This document shows positions 11,405-20,600 of a stretch of DNA of 64,000 nt, one piece after another. Every line of letters starts with the position of its first letter. The stretch's first letter is position 1. Both the position numbers and the translations under genes were made by a program. Source of the DNA: Marsupella aquatica (taxonomy: Eukaryota; Plantae; Marchantiophyta); the NCBI GenBank assembly GCA_973895155.1, contig OZ316899.1, forward strand, positions 4,529,241 through 4,593,240, read 5' to 3'. The notes beneath the pieces were generated by a model. That model did not search any database, was not told the origin of the DNA, and saw only the letters and a program-made list of their open reading frames with translations.

Positions 11405-11848
11405 AGTATCTCAAATCTGTAACAAATCACTGTCCGCGTTCTGATTAATATCAAATCTATGTCGTTCTCAATTACTTCAATCACTCGTGCCTTTTTATCC
11501 ACGGGATTTTCCTTGGCGATAAAAGAAACTCAGGATTTCCGTGGCGGAACAATAAGATATAAAAAAAAATTGAGTCGAATTTGAACGGGAAAACACTATT
11601 TCAAAGTGATTCATGCCTCTCCGATAGTGTCACTAATCAATTATATACGGATTGTGTGTTTTCCGTAAGGATTCGTGGACTATTCAGAGGATCCGAAGTT
11701 TAAATTATGGTGTGATTTGAATCGGTGGCAGTTACTGATGTGGGGTGGGGCTAAAAACGCAACATTGGAAGTCAATTTCTTTGTTTGAAAGCCGTACTCC
11801 AATTATCCTACCTTAACTCCAAACTGAAAAAAAAAATTTAGATGCTAT

Positions 11849-11861
11849 CGCGCTGATAACG
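11849..11861 (-). promoter_or_regulatory. Copia primer-binding site, half-tRNA type (CGTTATCAGCGCG)
   Basis: Directly follows the 5' LTR on the minus strand and lacks the TGG (CCA-end) complement. Complementary to the anticodon arm of plant tRNA-Ile(AAU/IAU) as recalled (CGUGCUIAUAACG), with one G:U pair. Confidence 0.65.
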
Positions 11862-12025
11862 TGTTGTGTGACAATGGAGAGACTTGCAACTCGCTATTGT
11901 GTTCCATTATGGGTGTGACTTATATAGTCACCATAGGGTTACATGTTGGGGTTGGTGTTAACCCATGTTACCCCTTCAGGATAGGGTTAGGGGTTAACCA
12001 TGGTCTAGAGTAAATGGTTACAACA
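11862..12025 (-). repeat. Copia 5' LTR (164 bp)
   Basis: Identical to 6238-6401. Confidence 0.97.
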
Positions 12026-12079
12026 TTAATAAGCATGGTGTAAATAGATAGCAATGGAAATAAGGGTTTAATACCCTAC

Positions 12080-13223
12080 CTGGAAAATCATGCATGGTCC
12101 AGATAAGAATGGCCTTCATGGTAAATGTGCGGGATAAACCTCCAATGTTGTCACGTCCGTCATAACAATCCACCCCTCTCCAAAGTTTCAAAAGCTCATC
12201 AATCAAGGGTTGCAAGTAAATGTCAATCTTTTTTACTAGCTTGTTGAGGACCAGGGATGATCATTGACAGTAGTAGATGACCTTTCTCCATGGCCATCCA
12301 TGGAGGGATATTGTAGTTTGTGAGAACTACAGGCCATACTGAATATGGCTTAGCTTTACCTGCTAATGCAAAAGGACTGATACCATCTGCTGCCAAGCCA
12401 AGTCGAACATGTCGCGGATCAGTTTTGAACTCACCTCATCTGCCCTCTACAAATCGATTGGCAGGAGAGTCTACCATCATCCGCATGGTACTAGAGTCTG
12501 TACCCATATCCAAACAATGTTGTGAGTGCTAGACCATATACTCAGCCAACTCTGCACAACGATATTGATTGCACAATCGAGGGATGAGAGGAAACTACCG
12601 CATAACCTTTTGAGGCACCTTCCCCGTCAACATGTCATCACGGAACCGTGGCTTCTCACACATAGGAGATATAATTGCATTCTCATGCTCACCCCTGAAA
12701 AGAATGCAATCATTCACACATGCATGTATCACTTCATATTTTAGGCCAATGGACTTCAACACCTGTTTAGCCTCCTTCCAAGAGCTTGGCATGTTGTTGC
12801 CTGGTGGTAAAATACGATCATGTAGGGTACGAAAAGTAGGTTGCTTGCCCCATGTCTTTGTTGCACATTCAACAACAACATTATTGCTGAGAGCCGAGAT
12901 AGCCTACTCCCCTCAAATATGCGAGTACGAGCATGACGTTGAGCCTCTTCCCATTCCTTCTGCTGCCCCCCCCTAGAGACATGCGGATGAGTGTTGTTGT
13001 CATCCTGGCTACCCATGTCCTCCATACCAATGTCTGCATCATCGTCATAGAACTGGTCCATGAGCTCATCCATGGCCCTCTCCTCGTCAACATGATCTTT
13101 GGTTGGATTGCCCCCCTCATGCTGTACCTCAGTCTCCTCCCCACGATTGGCCACCATGGCCTCAACAAGGTGTTGCCGCATAGCTCGTGATATTACCCCA
13201 ATATCAGGCACTACATATTGGTT
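12080..13223 (-). pseudogene. CACTA TnpD-type transposase, N-terminal/Transposase_21 exon(s); frameshifted
   Basis: IFEGSRLSRLSAIMLLLN; MPSSWKEAKQVLKSIGLKYEVIHACVNDCILFR; QPLIDELLKLWRGVDCYDG...WTMHDFPG. Donor G|GTAGGG at 12080/12079 joins in frame to acceptor CAG|GG at 6161/6160, giving DFPGFGYISGLQTSGYRAC. Confidence 0.9.
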
Positions 13224-13338
13224 CTATCATACAACATCCATGTAATGTCATCAACATCAATCTTGCCAACAATCTCATTAATCCAACATTAGAAATGGAA
13301 AATAAATTTCAGATATATATATATGTAAGCCCAAGAAA

Positions 13339-13968
13339 CTAAGTTGGACGAGAACGTAGAGACAATTTTGGTGCATCCCAGTCATAATCACACAATAACT
13401 CCTCTCCCGCTCTAATGGTCCTAATGGCCACTGTCATGATGTGGTCATCCATATGTTTCATAAAATATGGGTCTCTAGGTGGACCAAACATTTGGATCCA
13501 CTCTACATTAGCCTCCAAATCTCTACCTCTACCTGTGGTACTATTGATGTATCCTGCTAAATTTCCATTTCTAACAGGGTCACCGTCAATCATCCGACAA
13601 TGCCACGGCCTAGTGAACACCTTGTCTGGGTCTGAGTCCATCCTCAATGCATACACCCCCCAACTTGGGTGTTGACACAACAAAATGTTCCAACTCTTTG
13701 CATTATATACAGCCCCAATATAAGGGAAAATGTGGTCTCCATCGTAGCCACGTCTCCATGGCTTTGGAGGGACAACAATGTCTTCCAAAGCATATAGACC
13801 ATATCCTATATCAGCACCAATAGAGGACTTCTTCACTATCCAAGGACGGCCCCATATCTCCACAGGTTCATCAATAGGAATGTAATCTGGAAATTTGAAG
13901 ACACTGGGGAAAAGTCTTTCAAGACGTCTGCAGCCCTGCCAGTGAGATAGGATACTCCAAATCGGCCC
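13339..13968 (-). CDS. SET-domain (lysine methyltransferase fold) exon carried by the CACTA element; 209 open codons, 5' part of the gene decayed
   Basis: Translated motifs in the right order: WIVKKSSIGADIGYGLYALEDI (motif I, GxG), FPYIG, IDGDPVRNGNLAGYINST (GNxARFINHS-like), ANVEW, IMTVAIRTIRAGEELLCDYDW (AxRxIxxGEELxxDY). Frame open from the TGA at 13969-13971 to the stop at 13339. Confidence 0.88.
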   Translation of the reverse strand, partial: GPIWSILSHWQGCRRLERLFPSVFKFPDYIPIDEPVEIWGRPWIVKKSSIGADIGYGLYALEDIVVPPKPWRRGYDGDHIFPYIGAVYNAKSWNILLCQHPSWGVYALRMDSDPDKVFTRPWHCRMIDGDPVRNGNLAGYINSTTGRGRDLEANVEWIQMFGPPRDPYFMKHMDDHIMTVAIRTIRAGEELLCDYDWDAPKLSLRSRPT

Positions 13969-14368
13969 TCAACGCCAATGTAATCTACATTTGTTGGAGG
14001 ATGATCACTACCTAACACCCCCTCCCGGATGTCTATGTGGTCCACAGGCTCATACTGCCATCTACGTCTATGAGACCGTGCTCGTGTACGTAGGACTCTT
14101 GAAGTCTCAACCTCTAGCAGAGATACTGGTTCTCCCTCTACATGCTCATGTATGGGGATAGGAGCTGGGGGGCTAAGAGGAGGATGGGCAGGGGGGCTGC
14201 AAGCAAGTCTCTAGCCCTTGCTAGGAATCCTTCTAGCCACACAACCTCATCAACCAAAGGAGGTGGGGTCTACGGGGCACCTATTTCAGCACACAATAAA
14301 TTAGTGTTATTTAAATGCAAGCCCAATTGGAGTTTCATGAATGGAATTAAAGGGGAGACATATATTAC

Positions 14369-14598
14369 CTGGCTAGGCAAGTACCCTGGCGTATCACCCT
14401 CATGACGGCCATAGTTCTCAATGTGCTCACAAGTCTCCCAGGCATGTCGGACCACAAGCCCCTTGCATCTCACACACCAACAAGGTATGGGCCTTAGTGG
14501 AGCATGAGGATGCTCAAGAGCAGGGGGTGGAGGAACCTCCCCCTCTGACGAGCTCGTGTCTGAGCTGAATCCGACGTGGAACTATCAGATGTAGACAT
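14369..14598 (-). pseudogene. First coding exon with transposase-associated zinc motif (PF13963-like); one frameshift near the 5' end
   Basis: ATG at 14598. IPCWCVRCKGLVVRHAWETCEHIENYG has the C-x-C-x2-C-K-x8-E-x2-E-H-[IL]-x3-G spacing of plant CACTA N-termini. Ends at donor CAG|GTAATA (14369/14368). An 88-bp AT-rich intron runs to acceptor ATAG| at 14281. Confidence 0.7.
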
Positions 14599-15932
14599 CT
14601 ACATATCATACACATCCAACATGTAAGGCGGATTCAACAACTTATCATGTTTAAAACCACAGTTAAAGAGATATATAAACATCAATTGCCCTACCTCAAT
14701 GATACCCGCGCTTTGCCGTGCCTACTGGGCTGTATTCTCTACACACAAGGTGTGGGATATCCAAAATCTTTGCAGGGTGGAGATGAATATGGTTACACAA
14801 ATGCTGCATAAATGCAAAAAAGTACTTGACTGACTTTTGGCACACGATATATCAAACTTGCCAAAGCAGACCTCAATGTTCCAATCGAAAATGGATGGAT
14901 GGGCCGGGGAATTACATCATACCTCATGGATGCGCGGTCTCACACTGTGCATAGTGCATTGTCCAAGAACAAAACCCTACCTAGCTACCCCCCTCAACCC
15001 AAAAAAAACAAACCTAGCTACCCCTCGATCAAAAGCTAGGTACTGCACATAAAATCCAATCACAACCATTAGCGTAACAAAGGCTTAACATTATCCTCAA
15101 AAAATGTCTAAAAATATCCTATGTATTAAAACCCTATACCAATAAATCCCCAAACCCCTCAAAGCCCTAACTTTAGTCCTTCAAAGAGAATTGGGATCAA
15201 TTATAGTAAAAGAGTAAATCTAGGTACCAGTTACTAGCCAAAACACCTTGACTTATCCTTGCATCCATCACTCAATGTTGAGCAAGTTAAGGCCCTATAA
15301 TTACATTACTATACAGCTTAGCTTTATAAATTTAGGGTGCAATAAATTAAGCATACAATCACAACCATATTTCAGTTATCTTAGGAAATACAAAGTCATG
15401 AACTAACCCCAAAATTGTAGTTGCAAAGAAGGAACTTGCAAGAGGCCGGGTAACATATACACAATATGCCATCCCGTTCACGGAGTTACCTAAAAAAACC
15501 TGATATATTCAAAAATGTCCACCAAAAGTGACTACAACACTCCCTTCTATTACCCCACCCAATTACTTAATTCCATGCTCCACATACAAACCCAAACACC
15601 CAAACTAAACCCAAAGTAAATAGATTTGACCTCCTATGGGACCAAAACATGGAATCCGTTATAGCTGATCGAGGGGTCCGATACTAAAACAAACGGAAGC
15701 AGCATCGTAAAAGCAGGAGAAAGAAAAGCAAGGAGGGGTCCGAAGCAAAACGAATCGGAAGGTCCGATTGTAGGTCCGATGCTTTCGGCTTTGGACGTTG
15801 CGTTGCATAAAGTATCAGAAATGGCAGACTTGTTTTCAAAAAATAAGTCCCGATGCGGATGCGAAGATCCGGGCATCAGGCCAAGCTTTGCATTCCGTGT
15901 TTTGCGAGGCCGGGAGGCTCAGGTAGACGTCG

Positions 15933-17623
15933 GTGGGCAAGGACAGAGACATGGTGGGAGGAGGATCAGGTGGTGGGGACGGGGCTGGAACCTCTCGGCC
16001 CTATGATGAGATTATGAGGGAGATTTTTATGAGTAGGGCAAGGCTAAGTGCTGAGGATGCAGAGAGAGTTGTGCCACTTCTTCAGACCTTGATTGATGGA
16101 TCCAGGATTGAGGCAGAGAAAGCTGCAGCTGCAACCATTGCTGCAGAGAAAGCTGCAAAGAAGAAGTGAAAGGAGGCAAAGAGAGGCAAGGAAGATGGTG
16201 AGGAATCCCTCTCTCCCCGAAAAAGAGAGAGGAAGCTTCACAAGGCAGCTAAGGAGGCTGAGAAGAAGAGAGTGGAGGAGCTAAAGTGAAAGGAAGCTGA
16301 GAGAGCTCTGAGGCCTGAGCTAGCCCTAAACTCAGGTGGCTCCCCAATGCCGAGAGGATACAATCTCTTCCGCAGCCAGTTCAAGCAGGTGGTGAAGGCC
16401 AATTTGGGGCCATTAGATTACTGGGGAAGGAAGACTGAGGAGGAGAAAGGTCGAATTTGAGAGCAAGTGAAGGAGCAATTCAAGAATGGGGCCTACCTTG
16501 ATGACAGGTTCTTGAATAAGAGGATATAAGCTTCACTTTCAGACATGCAAAATCATCAGAGAGAAGTTCAAGAAGTACCTTGCTGATTTTCCGATTGATT
16601 CAGAGGTGGTCAGGGAGCAGGGCTGTCCAGATGTGCTCTCCCCAGATGAGTGGGCAGCTTGGCTTGAGGAGGAATTAGCAATCCGAGCCTGGCAAAAAAA
16701 GAGACAATGGGACCACGAAATCAGCTTGGCAAAGGAGAAGCGGAAGGTTGGGGAGGAAATTGACATCCTCCCCCTCCAACAAAACCTACGGCAGTGGGGA
16801 GCTCAAGCAATACAATTAAAAGAGCCACCCAAAGACATCATCAAAGCATTGGAGCGAGTCCAAGGGCGGCCCATCGTCACTCACCGCATGGGGCAAGGAG
16901 GCTCCAATTGACTAAAAGCAGAGTTTGTAAGTGCCTTCTCCCTCCTCCCTAGCTCCTCCCCCCCAACCACCTGACCTTCTCTTGCGAAGAGTGACTCAAT
17001 TTCTGCTGCCGAATGCCTTTGTGCCGTTTCAGCCCGATGTTTTTTGCTCTCGGGACTGTTCTATCCGATACTCATCCAAAGCTTTTAGCATCGGACCTAG
17101 TATCGGACCTATTGTTATGCCATTTAAGGTTACCGGGATCCGATACTATTCTGTTGCTTTAAGTATCGGAAGCGGCATCGGACCCCTCGTAAGAACAATG
17201 AGTTTTTTAAAATGTTTCTCTTTCACTCAATTCCACTTTAGGAGTACGGTAGGGGTAGGGGTTTGCATTCTTCAGTACCCTAAGAAGGCATGGGACCCCT
17301 TACAAGAATTGGGAAAATTTGGGCCGATGCAAAGACTAGTTTTCATGCTAATGGGTTTCTCGTTTGGTATTGTGATGTGGCAGGAGCGGGATTGGGGTCG
17401 ACCTATTGGGCCGTCAGAGAGGGAGTTAGCAAAGAGGGATGGACCCCGAGCTCTTGAGCTCCACCTTGAGGAGGAGCTGGGAGAGGTAATTGGTGTTGAA
17501 TTGGCCCTATATAGATTCAAATTGTTTTTGGTTGTAGTCAATATTAGAGAGCTTTCAAGGAACTATGTTTTCAAATGCAATTTAACCCTACTTATGTATT
17601 GTACAGGATGAGGAGACAGGGTC
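15933..17623 (+). pseudogene. CACTA TnpA-like (Ptta/En-Spm ORF2-type) gene, 5' exons, divergent from the transposase; several CGA>TGA and CAA>TAA stops
   Basis: Continuous decayed frame ...YWGRKTEEEKGRI*EQVKEQFKNGAYLDDRFLNKRI*...KFKKYL...CPDVLSPDEWAAW...THRMGQGG. Donor TTT|GTAAGT at 16927, further exon ~17276-17486, acceptor TACAG| at 17606. Confidence 0.6.
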
Positions 17624-20600
17624 TGTGACGCCGCCGGTACGGCGGTTAATGAGTGATTCGGTCTAACTGCGCTCGGCACGCGCGTTAGGAGTGTCTTAGG
17701 CTGCTATTATTAGCATAACAACAGTATTTAGGTAATCATTATGGGTAGGATATCATTAGGCAATAAGGGGGAATTCAGGTTCGGACTGGCGGCTGGTCGC
17801 TATTCGCACACCCGGGTTACGAGCGTGGAGGGGCCCCTCCGTCGGGTCCGTATAACGAACTTAAGGAAACGGCCACTGACACGCGCTGACTCAGACCGGC
17901 GGAGTGGCCGACACACCACAAGCGTGAGCGGTTCAGCCTATGGGCGTCGAGGAAACGTCAGGGGATCGACAAGCCCTCAAGGTATAAAAGGGGAGCCAAC
18001 CCTTTGTAGTGCACCAGTCCATCAGTCCACGTGCCAGCTTTGACCCTAGCTCTCTCGTTCGCTCTAAGTCGCCACTACTATCTCCTCTGAATGTCGCACA
18101 TGATCCTCTCCAGCTCGGCCATTCGATTCTGGACGCAGTTCCTATCTACCGGAAGGCACTTGGCCGACTCATTGAAACACGCCAACCCGCGCCGATACGA
18201 AATCGAACGCGAGTACGAGAGAGCCATCCGCCTAGCAGGACGACACCACTACATCCTTAACTTTGACTACCCGTCTCAGAGCGAGCTTTATCGACCAGCA
18301 GAGGTATCCGGGTACTTCTTCAACGGAGACAAATATATCGGGTTCTGGGAAGCATTGCTTCGGCTTCCGGACGAGGTCTTCAATATCCCGGGTATGATCG
18401 ACTTGCAACGACATCACTTTGACCACATCCCTGCTCAGGTTCGGGCTATCATCAACAGCGAGTCCATCACTACCCGTTCGACAAGGTCGTCTGCACTCGC
18501 TTCGGAGAACTTCTACCAGCACCTACAGAGCTTCATAGGAACTCGGCCAGCAACCAACATGACCAACTCAGTCATACCCGTACCCGTACCCATACAACCT
18601 CAGGCTCAGCTTCAGCTTCAGCCTCAGCCGCAGCCTAGCCAAACCCCACCACCGATCGCCCAGCCAGCACAAGTATGCTCCGTCATCAATGCTGTGGATC
18701 TTAGCGATGACGACGAGGCTACCCTACCCTTGACCAGGCGGCCCAGAGGAACAACCGCTCAGGGGGCCGACACTATATCGTCCCCACCCCCTGCTCTGAC
18801 CCCAGGAGCGGCCCCGGCAGACAACATGGTGACCGTGGCCGACCCGGGCCCGTTACTAACGGCACTACCCAGGCCCGTTACTAACGGCACTACCCAGGCC
18901 CGATCGGGAGGATGGGGAGGTGTCACCTTCCCCGAGCCAGTCACGGGGGAAGAAGAGGAAGGAATCCGCCACTGCATCCGGGTTACCGTTGGCCACGGTA
19001 GCCGTGGCCAAGGTGACGATGCACCGCATGGGGGAAAACGTTCACAAAAACATCCTCCATCCCAAGCATGCGGTGTACCTGAAGACTCAGGGATTCGAGC
19101 ACCTCGCCTCCCTCCCCTGGAACACTTGTAGGTACTACGGGGAGGACATGATGGAGTTCGTCAGGAATTATGACGACGCGAGTCAACATACTCGGCTGCA
19201 GGGAAGGAGTATGTCCCTCACGGAAGAACGGCTCAGGATGATCTTCGGGTTATCCAAAGGTGACCATCGAGTCGAATCACGGGCTCCCGAGGGCAAGGGA
19301 GCCAAGTACCAATCTTCAAGTTTTCCCTCAGAGGGAGCAGTGGACAACGGGTTCATGATGAAGACCTGCCTCATCCCCGAGATAGCTGAGCGACTGGAGT
19401 TCCAGAGGTACGCCCTCCACATGATGGAACCCCGGGGGGAGATCTCCGCCGCCCAGGTTATCCAGGTCGAGAACTATCGACCTAGGAGGTGGGCGTCGTA
19501 CTTCGCTAAGAAATTCCATGAAGAGATGGAGCGGCAAAGGAAGACGCTGTACATTGGCGGGAAGGCGTATTTTGCTAGCCACATCGAGATCATTCTTGAG
19601 TGGTACGCCCGGTTTGATCGATGAACCCTTCCCCGTGTCAATGTTACAAAGCTAGTCCCAGCTAGGTGGGTTTTCCCGGCCTTGGAGAGACGGCCCCAAC
19701 CCGAGGCCCGAAGTCCAGCGGACACGCCAGCTTCACCCACCCCACCTCCACAAGTAGCTGTAGTCGTAACCAAAGAGGTACCGGATGGGTCGGTCGTCGC
19801 AACCGTTGATGCGATCCAACAAGCCGGGCTAAGTACAGAAGTCGGTACGACGGAGGTCTTACCTGAGCCAGGGTCTCCCAAAGACCCACCGGTGGCTATT
19901 CCGGAGAACCGGACATTGCTGCAGGAGGACACTCCAGCCCCTTCCAACGTTACGTCCCCAGGGCTGGACGTCACTGCCCCGGCCCCTGCGCGTGTTGATG
20001 TCTGCCCGTGCCCAACTCTGGACAGGCACAACCTGGACCACCCGGAACTCTTCGTACCGGGTACATTTCTGAACGGGCTTCTAGGAGATTTCTCTCATCA
20101 AATTGCCCGGGATACCGGGGAGTTCATGGCCCGAAAGGTAGCCTGTTTCTTCAATCAGGAGTTGGTTGCCGCAGTAAAGGCAGGTCGGGCCCAGTCAGAG
20201 GCCCTTCAGAGGATAGAGCGGTACCGGGTGGAGTCCGTGTACCTAAAGAACGAAGTTGCGGCTCAAGAGGCTGAGCTTCTGCAACTACGACCCAAGGTTG
20301 CAGCTGCCGATGAGTTGTTAGCAAAGGCGCACGCTCTTACCGCCTTAGCCGAACAGGCCAAAGCTGGGAACGAGGCCGAGATTACACGACTCCGGAACCA
20401 GCTTGACAGTTTGAAGAATCAAACTGTCACCTGGCAGAAAGACCTGGAGGAGGCCGAGGAACGGGCCCAACGGGACACGGCGGAGATAGCCACGCTACAG
20501 GCCGAGGTGGCGCGGCTCCAAACCGAGGCCGAGAAGCAGGACCAGCTAGCGGGTAAACTGACAAGTGACGCCCAGCAGCTGGAGGAGGCTTGTCAGGAGG

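Larger units (their letters stand above)
6238..12025 (-). mobile_element. Full-length Ty1/copia LTR retrotransposon (Bianca-like gag), 5788 bp, inside a transposase intron
   Basis: 164-bp LTRs TGTTG...CAACA at 6238-6401 and 11862-12025, identical by eye. TSD TTAAT at 6233-6237 and 12026-12030. PBS and PPT present. Single long ORF. Confidence 0.97.

Noticed and set aside
17741-18043. ~100-aa upstream ORF present in both A LTRs (also 43424-43732)
   Set aside because: Its presence in both copies follows from LTR duplication. The composition is not domain-like and it overlaps the TATA region.
19474-20031. Many antisense or alternate-frame ORFs over the GC-rich gypsy LTR and gag regions (e.g. also 26074-26577, 28463-28975, 36964-37491)
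   Set aside because: Shadow ORFs of GC-rich coding sequence; S/F/L-rich translations mirror E/K-rich sense frames.
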